A DNA stretch of 63,344 bases, counting the filler, from Choristocarpus tenellus KU-1152 (Eukaryota; Protista; Phaeophyceae), in NCBI GenBank assembly GCA_964200185.2. It is 15 parts of 15 records of this genome, joined end to end, with 100 filler letters (N's around TTAATTAATTAA, not from the genome) between each part and the next. Parts side by side here need not be neighbours in the genome. Positions count along the whole stretch, not along the records: positions 11,611 to 15,021 come from CAXNAD020020222.1; positions 15,122 to 20,270 come from CAXNAD020011709.1; positions 20,371 to 24,846 come from CAXNAD020014386.1; positions 24,947 to 33,128 come from CAXNAD020005036.1; 11 more parts are not named here. One strand, given 5' to 3'. The notes under the pieces are model-generated. The model had not been told where the DNA came from, did no database searches, and saw only the letters and a list, made by a program, of their open reading frames with translations. How positions within the stretch are numbered: position 1 is the first letter of the stretch; every line of letters starts with the position of its first letter. The position numbers and the translations under genes were made by a program. Below are positions 12,770 to 25,741 of the stretch, in pieces.

Positions 12770-14312
12770 TCAGTGCTCGAAAAACTGGAAATCAATGGAA
12801 TAACCGCACTGACTGCAGGTAGTGCCTCCACTTTCTTGTGCACCACAGTTTGCACAGACAATCTGTAGGGGGAAGGGGGACGGTTGAAGGTCATATGTAC
12901 AACAATAATCATGTTACAATGTGTGGGGTAGAAGAGTCCAAGCAAGTCATATCCGTGCAGGAGGTCTAGCGAGCTCTCTATTTTAAACACCCTTCAACAG
13001 AAGCCGCAATAACACACTTGTCAGTCAACATGAGTACTGGTTGACTGGACGCAACAGTGGACAGTATCTGGGTTGATTATTGCTTCATATTGAAGCGACC
13101 TTTACTGACAGGCAGGCATAGATTGAAGAGCAGGAGTGGCAAGAGAGGACACAGTCATGACACAACAAATCTTTTCACACAAGGGCACACTGCACATCTA
13201 CTGTCAAACAATAGTGATTCCTTCAATTGGTGGGGGAAATTTTCCCCTGCAGGTGTGACAAATAGCAGGCTGAAGAAAACAATTTACTTCAGCATCTTGC
13301 AGCACAAGAAGTTTGTTGTTGTAGCATGTTATCTGAGTGAAAGTAACTTAGAGGATACGAGTTTTGCCCTGTTTGTCCATTTGGGGCTTGCCTTTCCATA
13401 GTTTTTTGCTACGTATTCCTAATCCAAAATGTTTCGGAGTAAGTAAAATGTATTCATTATGAAAACGTGTGTCCAGAACAACGATATTGACACTTCCTAA
13501 CAAACACGATAGCCAAAATTACATCAAAACCGCAACATTCAATTTTGGCCCTCAATAGACGTGTCCCTACCCTCTAAGATACTTGGACCCATCTTAAATA
13601 TACTACACCCAACAGTTGTACAAGAGAGAGAGAGAGCGAGAGAGAGAGAGAGAGCAGTAGGTGGGTGTATGCAGTACGTAGCATCTATGTCAAGCAATGC
13701 ATAACAGTCTGACACCAATGCTCCACCTCCTAGACAAAACGATGCATGCACTGCTCTGGACTGGTACCGATAGGAAACTAAACAGTGTTGGTACAGGTTA
13801 ATTGTATGGTCTAATTCTGAATTTGCATAGATCCAAATCCTATCTCCTCTGGTCGCTCCTTCAACCTCTTCCCTTCTCCTTTTCTCCCCTTCCCGGTTAC
13901 TTACATAGTTATATGGACCAAGGGTCTGCAGTAGCCTTGTAGCAAGTGTGCAACATGTTGCTCGAGAGTCTTTTCCCAAGACCCCATCCAGAATTTCACG
14001 CCTTCTGGACAGGACTCCATCAACTCCTATCTGGTCAATGAGGTCATCACTGATTTCCATGTCTGCTGCAGGGCCCCTCCTAGACCCAGCGGTATCTGTA
14101 GCCCTCAAGGATGGGGTTGCAACACATTTCCCCTGATTGTCCTTGGTGGTCCCCTCATTTCCTTTGTCCTCTGCAGCATCAATGAGGTCGTCCAGCCCTA
14201 CTTTGAGAAGGCGTCGGCATACCCTCTCACTGCCTAGAGCAGTTGTGAACAGAACCATGAGTGTAGCTTCAGCAACACTCCACTCCCCTGAAGAACGAGC
14301 CCGATTGAACAA
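12770..14312 (-). CDS. Last two exons (14312-13905, 12862-12770) of an alpha-helical (ARM-like) protein with a C-terminal zinc ribbon
   Basis: cag|LFNRARSSGEWSVAEATLMVLFTTALGSERVCRRLLKVGLDDLIDAAE...TLATRLLQTLGPYNY|gtaagt ... cctacag|IVCANCGAQESGGTTCSQCGYSIDFQFFEH*. Phase 0, strong splice sites. Confidence 0.75.
13335..13590 (-). mobile_element. MITE family A copy, inside an intron
   Basis: GAGTGAAAGTAACTTAGAGG...CCTCTAAGATACTTGGACCC, 4-bp TSD ATCT. Confidence 0.9.
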
Positions 14313-14621
14313 CTGCATTGGGTGTGCACATGTTAGGCTATGTTGTAGAGTAAGATAGTAAGGGGTGGAAATATGCTAAGTAATCACCCTGAAGTACATA
14401 GTAATGACAAGAGTACACCAGATTTGTACAGATGGAATAGATAGCAAAAAAATGTGTTAGTAGATGAGTGAGGCCATGCGACTGCACGTCTATCTCGATG
14501 GCTCAAACAAGGTCAAACTATCCAGCCTCTTCCATCAAGCCATGGAGTATGTGTTACACCAGCAGCAAACTATGATGGACACATGTAACTCCCAAACATT
14601 TTACTTCTAAGATTCAATGTA

Positions 14622-14860
14622 AACAAAACGTACCCAGGTTTTGGTCGTTTTTCATCTTAAGTCGTTTTTCTCAGTCTTTAGCATTCCACCCACATTTGCA
14701 TGCATGAAGTGCCCAAATTGACTGGAGAGCGTTCAATTCTCTATTGTTTGAAACTTTCCCGACAAAATCAAGAAAGTTTCCAATAACCATTTGCAAAAAA
14801 AGCCAAATTTTGAACATGTTTGTCAGCATCCTAAATATACAATCCTGGGCACCTCTCGTT
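14622..14860 (+). mobile_element. MITE family C (about 240 bp, probably TA-flanked, Tc1/mariner type); other copies at 54135-54376 and 59104-59339
   Basis: TIR consensus AACGAGAGGTACCCAG / CTGGGTACCTCTCGTT; shared interior TCTATTGTTTGAAAC..GACAAAATC..TTTGTCAG; this copy has TA on both sides. Confidence 0.75.
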
Positions 14861-15308
14861 TACTTTGGCTCTAAGTACTTCTGTACTGAATAACACACAT
14901 CTCTGCCCTTCAATTGTTTCGCACAGTGACACATTTCACTGCTTATCTGTTATTGCATTCAGTTTCAGTATGTGATGATATTGACCCAAAGTATCTGGGA
15001 GGGAGGGGGGGTCTACATCAGNNNNNNNNNNNNNNNNNNNNNNNNNNNNNNNNNNNNNNNNNNNNTTAATTAATTAANNNNNNNNNNNNNNNNNNNNNNN
15101 NNNNNNNNNNNNNNNNNNNNNGTGAGCGCAACCCTCGGTGGTGTGGGGTGCTCTCTCTTATTATCTTATTGTTTATTACTTATATCAACTGACTCATCAG
15201 CTGACACATCAAAACATGTCTTGCCGTTACATTGTACTCTGTCACTCATCTTGTGTAGCTAGTACAGAACTCCTCCAACAGTCCATTTAAATCAAGTAAT
15301 AATAAACC

Positions 15309-15387
15309 GAACATCTGAGATTCGAACTCATTAATTCACACACACCAACAGAAGTCGATGCCACTTGTTCCACTTAGCCAACATTCC
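15309..15387 (-). ncRNA. tRNA-derived SINE head or tRNA pseudogene, Arg(TCT)-like
   Basis: Minus strand GGAATGTTGGCTAAGTGGAACAAGTGGCATCGACTTCTGTTGGTG..GAGTTCGAATCTCAGATGTTC. A box TGGCTAAGTGG, B box GAGTTCGAATC; the stems are degenerate. Confidence 0.55.
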
Positions 15388-17019
15388 TCTTGTCTAGTGG
15401 TGTTCACTAAATGCGTATAAACCATATAGACTATCAGTCTATATTGCACAATCTGCACTTCTCTCTATCCTCTGCCAAACATAGCCTGTAGTGCACGCGT
15501 GCAGCTTCAACAGTAAGCACATTACACGTATTATAAGTTAGCCGGAGAAGTCAAAAGAAGCAGCCTTCACTGGTGCCACAACACCAACAAACTCTTCCTC
15601 CCTACCAAGCGGTCCATGACCTCCCTCCCCCCCAACCAATCTAACGTCAATAACCTTTTCAGTCTTTTCATACATTGATGTTGCGGAAGACCAGGGCATG
15701 ACCCCCATCCCTCATTATCCCTCAAATATCTCCTTCCCGCCCCTGGATTAAAAAAAACCCGTCATGTTCATATTACTGCTACAACAAGAAAAACTAACCC
15801 TAACCCTATCGTTCACCCCTTCGTTCTAACCTCAACATAGACCACAACCTGCAAAAAACATACATACTACCGGAATCGGAAGTAAGATCATTTTCTGAGA
15901 TAATATACAAATCGAAACTATCTTACCTAGAAAAATTATGAACCTCCAATGGAAGGGGGGTATAATATACCCTGTAGTATGTTCAACTGTACCTCGAATT
16001 GCTAAAAATGCGTAACTTGGGCTGTCATTCTGTTTCACCAATTAGTCACCGCTCTACTTATGATATTTCAAGCACTCATACAAGGCACTGTACTGTCCAC
16101 CTAAGCCCATGCAGGTTACAGAATGCTCACTACTATTGTAGTATCATCTGAGTCAACATAGGTTCACACCTGGGCTCCTGCGGGGGAAGAAGAGGCTATG
16201 ACAAGAAATACTCAGGAATATACTCCATAATTGCAACTGCTACATTTTCTAGTGTCGTCAAATATTCGTAGGGGAAGCTGTAGCCTGCTTGTGAGCCAAT
16301 AGACTTCCCAAGCACACGCAATCCTCGCCAGAATAATAATAAGAGCAGGAAAATGAGTAATGAAGGGGTATAGCGGTGATGAAAACATTCATGATATAAA
16401 CTAAGTCGATGTGTTTGTGATTCGCATTGAGGTTGCACCCTTAAAAAAACACCGGCATACAATAACAATAATGCGCCAACGATGGGCACATGCATGCAAG
16501 GGTGTACCCTTCCAGCACAGTAAGGACAAGGATGGACATCCTTCCATGTTGAATGAAAACAAGCCGACAAAGAGAAGGTCAAACTTCTGAGGTCAACATC
16601 CGAGCAGAACCAGGAAGGCTAGAGGCGTTTCTTGCTCCTCATCCCAAACGCGATTCCTCAAAGTCTATACCTGTCCTAAACGAATACACTGCAGATCATT
16701 CAACAGCGGAAACTCCAACAGGACGCAAATGGAAAGAGCCCAAGACAAGCAAGCAGGAGATGGGCTGCAACCGACAGTGTGAGGCAGGGTAATTGAGCTC
16801 AAAGCATTGCCCAGAAACTCAACTTATATCGCCACAGCATCCTAGGTGCACCTGCCACAACAAAGACTTCACTCAATAGGAGGCTCAACAAATTCCGAAG
16901 ACACACTAAAAAATGCTCTTCAAATTCAACCAAGAGTATGGGAGGATACAGATATGGCGTCAAATCTTGCAATGAGGAACAATCTGCACTCGCAATGCAT
17001 GCACAACCCCTCATATGAG

Positions 17020-20000
17020 CTATTCGTGGAACCCTGGGCCTCCAATAGCAAAGCTGGTCCACTTGTTAGGAACAGTCATGAAGTAGCGATCCATGGCCTG
17101 ACAGTCATGACATGTCAGGGAGGTTGGTCAGTCTCCTCATCCCAGTACAAGTAGCTTGTTGTGTGAAGATACATCTCCTCGTTTCATTTTTGTCAAAGGA
17201 CAGTTATGCCAAGATGTTTCCTTAGGAATGAATCCTCAAGAAAAAATAAATAAATTCAAGACAACATGATATAGCTATGCGCACAGGTGGGATCAACTCT
17301 AGCACGAAGACCACAAAAACCAGTCTCATACTACGCCAAGCAATTTTGCATTACCTGCTGGAATCGGTTCTTGTAGAGTGATGGTTGGACAATGGTTGGC
17401 TCGGCCTGTCCAGCGATCATGCTCACGCTCTTCCCCACACTTTCAATTCGCTTGATGAAGTCATACTGCCTCAGATAGTCAATGATCCCGACCACCTGTC
17501 ACAATTCCAAGGACCAACAAGTAGTGGTTAAGTACTGACAAGTGTCTCATCACAGTAAACGCAGATGCGATGCTGATGGATGACTTGTGTGTGTCACATC
17601 CCACCACTTCAACATCAGGATACATGTGGGTTCGGGTAGTCAGGTCCACTTACTATACTTCCATTGTAGGGCTTGATAGGAGACTCCCAACCAAAAGTAT
17701 CGGTCCCATTCCACAAGCAAACCCTTCACCAGCACACAAAAGTACAAGCGAACATTACATCTCTTTGCACACAGCACATAACCTGAGGCAGGGTTTAAGC
17801 AATATGCTACTACACTATTACAACTTTCTGACTTTTCATCTTGGTTGGAAAAAATTCCATGCTTACTACAAATAGTACCAAAAACAAGATTAACAAGAAA
17901 AATATTAGTAACATAATAATAATAATAATAACAATAATAATAAAGACAGTTGTTGTACGTCACGATCCATTCATCTCCAACCTGAAATACATCCAACTAC
18001 TCCTGGACAACACAAAAGAAAACGACTTGCGGTATGTCTTTGCTCTACTGTACCGTAATTGCAGTGGAAGAAACGGAAAAGAAAGAAGTCATTTGTGCTC
18101 AGTAGTAGGTTCTCAATGAGTCTAGAAATTCCGTGCTGGGCATACTGGTTGCCCTCCCAATCCCCTCCAATTGCTTTAATGGTCCATTCTCTCTTCCTCT
18201 ATCAAAGCGCCCTTCCCAGCACCTGAGAGTGTGGATTCCGCCTGTTCTACCTTCTATCTGACACACCCAGGTCAACCATGGACTCACGTCAACGACTAGG
18301 GTAAGGTCTACAAATAGAGGAGTCTTCTCAGCTAGAAGAGAAGTGGCGAGGGAGGGCTGAAGGGTAGGCAGAGGGCAAAAAAGGTTATGATCAGTCAGTT
18401 AGAAATGTAACGGGTGCTTCTAGCAAGAACAGAGCATCTTACGAGTTCTCGCTTTTCTTCATCCAGTCCCACAATGATGCTGTAGTCGATGATGTTAACA
18501 ATGCTCAGGAACCTTGCGTCATTGAGGATAGCCGTCTGGAACAATGCCTGCCATGAGAAAACCACCAGCATTACTCACAATAAGCACATCGCCTCAAGCA
18601 CAACTTCCGAAGTAAGGCAAAAGGAGAAGAAATATTTGCGAGGAGAGCCAGCCTGTTTCCACTCTGCTGCACACACCCCACCTCTTAGACATTAAAATGA
18701 ATGAAACATAACATGAGACAAACGAGTGCGATCTTCCCTGTGGTGTGGGCCATTGCCATACCCCACCACTGCAATTAGCACACCACAATGCCTCGGGAAC
18801 TAAAGCCCATTCCACTGACTGCAACTACCTTAGCAAGCACTCTGTACTTGGGGATTTCTCAATCATGTACTCCATATTGAGATCACCAAGGGCTTACCTT
18901 GCCACAGTCCAACATTGGCAATGGTTGCCCACCGGTAAACTCCATGAAGTTCTCATCCAGGAGAACCTGCCAAGACACCCATTTGCACGATCACATACCC
19001 ATACATGTTTTGTCGGAGGTGAAAAAGGTCACAAGTTGAAAGCGTCATAAACAGACAGGTACATTTTGCACATCCACCAAACCAGACAAAAAAAAGTCCA
19101 TCCGACAAGGCATCCAACAACAAAACAAAGATCGCTTCAAAAAAGAAAGAAGCCGATCGTGAAAAACCGTTTCAGTCCATACCCTCCGAATTCGAATCTT
19201 TGAAGTCCGCCTTATAGCCAGCTCACAGGCAACAAGGCCAAAAGCACATCTTGACTGAACATGGGAGTACCCGCTCACCCACATCAAAGAGGGTTGCACG
19301 AGTTTGTATGAAAGTATCAAAAGGGAAATTGCTTTGCCCCTTGTGCAATCCAAGCGCACCTCCAACCTGAGTCCTCCTAGGGTACTCACTTCAGGTGCCA
19401 AGTAGCATCTACAAAACTCCTTCAGCTTCGAAAAAAGCTAAATTCAAAACTTCAACTACAATACGTAAGTCTCAACAAACAAATCACACAGCAATGAAAC
19501 ATCATCGACCAGTGAACTCCAATGTATACATACGCTACTGTGTAGCACACTACTACAGACTCATTATCACGCCCATTTGGAAGGGCACACACTTAATAGC
19601 AACAAACACAAACGTCACTCCCAATTCACACCAACTGAATAGATTATCAAAATACATAATCTAAGTACATAATCAAAATACACCTTCTAAGTACATAATC
19701 TAAATTCATAATCTAAGTACATAATCAAAATACATAATCAAAATACATAATCAAAATACACCTTCTAAGTACATAATCTAAATTCATAATCTAAGTACAC
19801 ACATCATGAATCCACTCACTACCACCCACCACGCCAACACACCTCCAACCAAGAAACAGCATGGAACCTTCCACTCCTCCACCTCACCTGCACTGACTTT
19901 GCAACCTTTGGAGCACTTTCTCGCCTTGATGGGGTGCCCACTGGCCCCTTGGCCGCCGATGCCCCAGCCCCCCCTGTATCCTGCCCTTCCCCCACACCCA

Positions 20001-20187
20001 CACCCACAGGACCCCCGGTGGCTGCAGCAGCTGCAGTGGCAGCAGCAGCAGCTGCTACAGCCGTTGCTGCCCCGCCTCGGCTACTATCCAATCCCTCAGG
20101 CCTGACATACCGGCTGCGGGTGGATCCCTTGAGATCAAATACGAGACTGATGTTTCGTTGATAAAAGATGTTCTGCATCACCACCAC
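17020..20187 (-). CDS. FAB1: 1-phosphatidylinositol-3-phosphate 5-kinase FAB1/PIKfyve, C-terminal kinase exons 20187-19888, 18966-18898, 18547-18443, 17495-17355, 17097-17020
   Basis: Spliced product VVVMQNIFYQRNISLVFDLKGSTRSRYV...Q|VLLDENFMEFTGGQPLPMLDCGK|ALFQTAILNDARFLSIVNIIDYSIIVGLDEEKREL|VVGIIDYLRQYDFIKRIESVGKSVSMIAGQAEPTIVQPSLYKNRFQQ|AMDRYFMTVPNKWTSFAIGGPGFHE*. It has the DLKGS, LLDEN, DYS and GIIDY PIPK motifs. All introns are GT-AG, phase 0. Confidence 0.95.
19654..19800. repeat. Intronic 13-bp tandem repeat with a 65-78 bp higher-order duplication
   Basis: TACATAATCAAAA / TACATAATCTAAG / TACACCTTCTAAG units. Confidence 0.85.
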
Positions 20188-20370
20188 CTGTGCGTGTAAA
20201 TTTACAGGGATATCCCCCCCCCGCCCCCCAGGCAAAGAGCAGAAAAAACGATGATGTTGAAAAAAGTGATNNNNNNNNNNNNNNNNNNNNNNNNNNNNNN
20301 NNNNNNNNNNNNNNTTAATTAATTAANNNNNNNNNNNNNNNNNNNNNNNNNNNNNNNNNNNNNNNNNNNN

Positions 20371-20433
20371 AGGAAGCCAAGCCCCAAATGGACAAACAGG
20401 GAAAAACTCGTACCCTCTAAGATACTTTCACTC
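20371..20433 (+). mobile_element. MITE family A right end, cut by contig start
   Basis: GCCAAGCCCCAAATGGACAAACAGGG..TACCCTCTAAGATACTTTCACTC. Confidence 0.85.
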
Positions 20434-21679
20434 AGAAGCCACTCACAAGAAAACATAACAAATACAATTATATTTCCATACACCATGGTGAACCTACCAT
20501 AACCATTCCCTAACGAGGTAGGCAAATGTGTGTCAATAATAGACTCTTCCCAATATGGATGAATGTTGCATTAGCTGAACATTGGAAAGGGAGGGGATGA
20601 GAATTGTTAATGAAACACCAAAACAAACATGTCAGCATTAAGATTGGGTGTGCACACCAGGCAAAGGTTCTATTGTTGTATCCTCCCTCATCGCCTTCTC
20701 TCAAAAAAAAGTTATCGCAGTTGTAATGAATCCAAACTGAATAGGGTAGTCCCCTCTGACTTTGATGGGATGGCTGTTGATTTTGTTTTGCTTGTGTGTT
20801 GAGAACGCTGGTGAAGAAGAGGGCAGGTTCTCTACTGGCATGTTTGGAACACAAAGGCTTAAAAAAAACATATTTCATGTTGACATAGAAAAGTCAGGGG
20901 AGTGATTGGGGGAGGGGGTCAACTATGCAGGTTTGTAAATGGAGTAATTGAAATTTGCTAGATCATATTGGTGCCCATTCGTAGCTGCAACAATAGATAG
21001 ATTGAGTTATCTATCATTTGTTTACAACAGTTTTTTCACATTGCTTTCTTGGGTTGTGTATACTTAAGGACAAGATTCCTCGGTTTTCCACCCATGAGGG
21101 AGGTGTTTGCATAGGGTAAAGCTCTGTGGAAACCTGCATTTCACAGGTTTAAAGTAAATGTCTGTTTCAAGACACTCGCAACCTTCTTGTTCAGGTGTGA
21201 GGGGAGACTCTTCTCAAAATTACCACAAGCTAAAACCAAGGGCCAATCTTGAGAGTGGTGAGGGAAGAGGGAGCAAAAGGGGGGGGAGGAGGAAGGAGAG
21301 CGAGCTAGAAGAGAGGGGGGGGCGAAGCACAAGAGCATTGTCATGGTCGTAGTGTACTGTAGGGGGGATATTTGTTGCCTTTGGCTAAACTAATTGCTGC
21401 ACATGCATTGCAGGTGTGTATCAGTAGACCACAGAGATCATATGTATATGCATGTATGGAACACTGCGCATATGTTCAAAAATTCTTTGTGACATCCTCA
21501 TATACACACTGGGGACAGGCCAGGTGGAATTGTCAAGAGACAGAGGGGTGGCGGTGGGGGGGAGGTGGGGGATTGGGAGAAGATGCTTGAGAGGGCAAGG
21601 GGAAAAAAATATAGATACTTGACAGTTAAATAGTCACTCTCTAGAGCTTGTCTCTCATCAATCATCCACATTGTGATGG

Positions 21680-22900
21680 AGGTTGATCGGCAAGGGGAAG
21701 TCACCCACTTGGCGTTCCAGGTTTATGCTTTTCTCGGAGATGGTTGAGATAATGCCCTCGTATTCCTCACAGCACCCAGATACACGGCAGAAGCTGCGGT
21801 GCAGAGCACGCCAAACCTTCTTCGGGAGACTGGGGACATCACGCTTTGGGTGTACACTCGGGGATCCCTTCTGTCCCGTTACGGTTGGGCATGTGACAGA
21901 ACAGTGGCAAGGTATCATTCGGCACAGACAGGTTTTCATGTTATGGCATTTCGATCAACCGAGGAACAGCTCCATGGAGATGTCAGAAATCAGGGCGAAA
22001 TGCAGTGAGTAGAATATTGGAGTATGTCAAAGGAACAAGAAAGTGCGGAAGAGACTCAAGATAATTTATAGACTGAGACGGACCACATGGTCGCTTGGTC
22101 CTGGGAAGTATCTGGTAGGGGTAAGAGGCTGGTGAGACCACACAACCAACCACCCAATGTTTGGGGCCTCACCTCGCCATATCTCAGGCCCAACAAGGTG
22201 AGCACCAGTGCTCCCAATAAGAAGAGAACGTTGCGTAGCACACGCATGCTGGTACCTTACCTGGTTGGAATACGTCGGGGAGATATTTTCATCGTGGGTG
22301 AGTGTGAGGGATAAGAGCACCCTAAGGCGTTGTGGTTTTAATTTTGGGATAGTGAGTTGCTTGTCTTCGGAGTTCGTGGGATATACTAGACAGGATTCAA
22401 GTTACATCACTCCAGCCAGAAGAAACCCTAATTTGACCCATTATTCTCTATTATTCCAGAGAATTAACACTCCTGCACTCCAGGGTTTGCCTTGCTGCCT
22501 AAGATCGTTTGGACAAGTCCTATCGACTTGAGTGACGAGATGCACAACAATCCTGGAGCACCCCAGGTAGGCTCGTGACTGGTAGAGAAGGTTGTCTTTC
22601 ACCTTCGTTCTATCCCACGGCCTCACCGTCGTCACTGCCGAACTTCGAACGGGGGCCCTTAGCGGACCTGTACCAAGAGAAGTCACAACTAACCCAAACG
22701 ATGCCAAGGGATATGAAAGAGGAATGCCAGTCAGTCCTTCCACAATACAGAGTTTCCCACTATGAAACCGCCATGACCAACGACTTTGTTTGACTTTTGA
22801 ATCGGTTTCCCTGACATCATGATCTCCCATTAGTCCATATTTGAATATGATGTACATCTTGAGTTCTACGGAGAACCTCAAAGCAGGTGTGTGAGGGTGG
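21680..22900 (+). mobile_element. Heavily decayed coding-like remnant, possibly Copia gag-protease
   Basis: Many overlapping broken ORFs. GKGKSPTWRSRFMLFSEM resembles a Copia gag N-terminus. No PBS or LTR found. Confidence 0.25.
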
Positions 22901-24784
22901 GGTTGGATCTCTCCCACGAATTGAGAGGAACTAAGTTAGACCTAGAAATACCAAGCAAGAGAGCTGGAAATGAAATGTCCCCCTCCTAACGGCGTGGCTA
23001 TACCACAGCTCAGGAAGGCACTACTAACGAGAGAATGCCACCAAGAACAACAGTCATTCCCACGATCAAGATTTGTTCCAGTTTTTAGCAGATGAATGTA
23101 GAGTGGTATCATGTATCAAGTATATTATTAACACAGACTTTTTCTATTTTCTGGTGGGTTGTTAGAGATCTCTCTTGTAATTAGTATGATAGGTTCACTA
23201 AAGGAATAAGACCCTATTAATATGATTAGTTCACGTATATACGATTTAGAATGTGTAGTACTCGTTATAAATAGGACGTACTTTGAAGTTGGGTAATGAT
23301 TTTGAGAGATTGGATTTGCTGTTGTTGTGAGTACTACTCACTTCTTGTAGCATGCATCGTACAGCTCGTAGTTCCTATGTACCAAGATGAAAATACTACC
23401 TTGTACTACTCTTGCAACTGGTTCGAGGCACCTTATTTTAATTTTTTTCGAGACCTGGAGTAGTCAGAGTGTTTATTTCTGATCGGACCAGCATGCATGG
23501 TGTCGGGAACTTATCAAGTGATATGGAGCGGTGTTTTCGTCTCCGTTTTTCTGTTTTGGCACGTTTTTTTAAAATAATTAATATTACATAGTAGTATTTG
23601 TTGTACAAGAGAGGGGAGGTGAGCGTCCTGTGCCAGAGTTGCCACAAAGGCTGTTGAATGGATCTTGCGGCTAGCTAACCACATCCACGCCAGACTTCTT
23701 TCATGGAAACTTTTTTTCGATGACCCAAAGTTCGCGTATCAAGCATCTATAGATTGTACATGGGCGGAACCATCACATATGCGTACTACTATAGATGCCT
23801 TCTATTGGAATAACCACTAAAGCGCTTGACTAAGAACGAGGTGGTACGTCTTCATTCCCAAGGGTTCAGCACAAAATTCGAGAGAGGAGTCGAAGCAAAC
23901 GACAGATGGGGGTGGGATGACTGAACCCAACATGTGGGAAGTAAGACAAGGAAGGATAGATACAACTAAATATAGTAGTCAATCGTAGTGCAACAAATTG
24001 GAATGATATTTGTCAGTACAATGTGACAAGTAGGGTAGATTGTAGTGCCTCTGACCACGAATTGGGATAGTCCCCAGACTGATGTGATGATAGAAGCAGG
24101 AAATAATAGTGGTGGATTGGAGCATCAAATTCAAAACCGTGACGTCCATCCTTCAACTTCGATCTCCCCCACCACCTCACCCCATATCTACTGCTTCAAA
24201 GTATAATATATAGTACCATTTATTTGTTCAATTCTCAACGTCCAAACTATTGAAAGATTGTTTGCTAACCAGGCTTATCTCCATTAATTCCTTATGTAAA
24301 TAAATGTGTGTATGCATGTATATAGTAGGTGTGACAGAAAATCAAGCAAGGGACACATGATAGCATCCGCAATACTGGGTAGTGCAATACTCAGTATATA
24401 TGACCAGATAAGCAGGAGTACAAGACCTCCCTCAAAAAATCACCACATGGACATCGATTGACAAAAATAGGGGAGTTACTTAAATGATTCCGTACTTCAC
24501 TCCCTCTCTCCAACAAGGGGCAAATGACCCCTTCCATTGGTCAAACCCTTCACAACCCACCTGCGGAGTAAGCAACGGTAAATGGTATTTAATACTTTCC
24601 ACAAAACATCATTAACTAGTAACCTACTAAACAGGCACAACTAAATGGGAATTCCTCTTGCCCTTACCCTCCGCACCACACGAACCAATTGAGGGTCTTG
24701 ACCTCACGCATGCCGGGATGGAGCAGCAACAATAACCAGAGGAAGTCGTGCAACAAGTCTGCTGAGCATGGTTCAATAGGCGAT

Positions 24785-24820
<36 letters not shown>

Positions 24821-24968
24821 AGGGGCCAACCACCACCCGCGAGCGGNNNNNNNNNNNNNNNNNNNNNNNNNNNNNNNNNNNNNNNNNNNNTTAATTAATT
24901 AANNNNNNNNNNNNNNNNNNNNNNNNNNNNNNNNNNNNNNNNNNNNCCATTCTCTCCCCCTGCAGGTT

Positions 24969-25145
24969 GACCCAACGCAACTGGGGGGGGGGGGGGTCTA
25001 CACCAGAGTGTCCATTTGAACCAAAACCAGGAAAAGTGCACTTTCATTATCCATCCAACGTATCGAACCAAATCACTCAAAAATCGCGACATGAAAAAAT
25101 TAGCCCCAAATGGACAGCCGCCACCCTCCCCAGATACTTTGGGCG
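24969..25145 (+). mobile_element. MITE family B copy with a degenerate left end
   Basis: polyG-TCTACACCAGAGTGTCCATTTG...CCCCAAATGGACAGCC..CAGATACTTTG. Confidence 0.8.
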
Positions 25146-25558
25146 TGGTGAATGAGTTGGTCATTTGGTAACCTGTCTGAACATCTGTAAAAGCATCTAG
25201 AAGAAGGCCCTTTTTGCCATTGGGGGGCTGAGCCAGCTTCCGATAGAGCCCATGACGGAATTTCAGAAATTTCTGGAGTTTTAGCCAGTGGCACGCGGTA
25301 CTATATGCTAGTTTAAAATTCTGGATCATCTCATGGACTGAACTGTACAAACATAACTTCTATATTCTATATTTTGTAAGCACTTCGAACTATATATTAT
25401 GCTTATAATGAACACTATTCAGTAATCAGTAACAGTACATTGTACAGTAATTCTGATGTTAGGGAGATTGCTTGCTTCGAAGATTTCAGGTGTAGACTAC
25501 TTTGACAACTGTTTGCCCCTTGAAGAGCTTTTGCCGTTTATGTCCTCTATGTCAGGAA

Positions 25559-25741
25559 GGCTCAAAGTATCTGGGGGGCAGGGGCGGCTGTCCATTTGGG
25601 GCCCATTTTTCCATGTCGCAATTCTTGGGTGATTTGGTTGCATGCATCAGATGGATAATGTAAGTGCACGTTTCCTGGTCAGGGACCGAATTGGCACCCT
25701 GGTGTAGACTCCCCCCCTCCTCACCCCAGATATTTTGAGCC
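25559..25741 (-). mobile_element. MITE family B full copy
   Basis: TIR GGCTCAAAGTATCTGGGG / CCCCAGATATTTTGAGCC, 183 bp, 3-bp TSD GAA. Confidence 0.92.

Noticed and set aside
13335-13590. MITE A as an introner (intron-generating element)
   Set aside because: It lies inside an existing intron, and its ends do not supply consistent GT/AG splice sites.
23100-23120. TGGTATCA as a tRNA-iMet PBS
   Set aside because: Not preceded by an LTR CA end, the match stops after 8 nt, and no gag follows.
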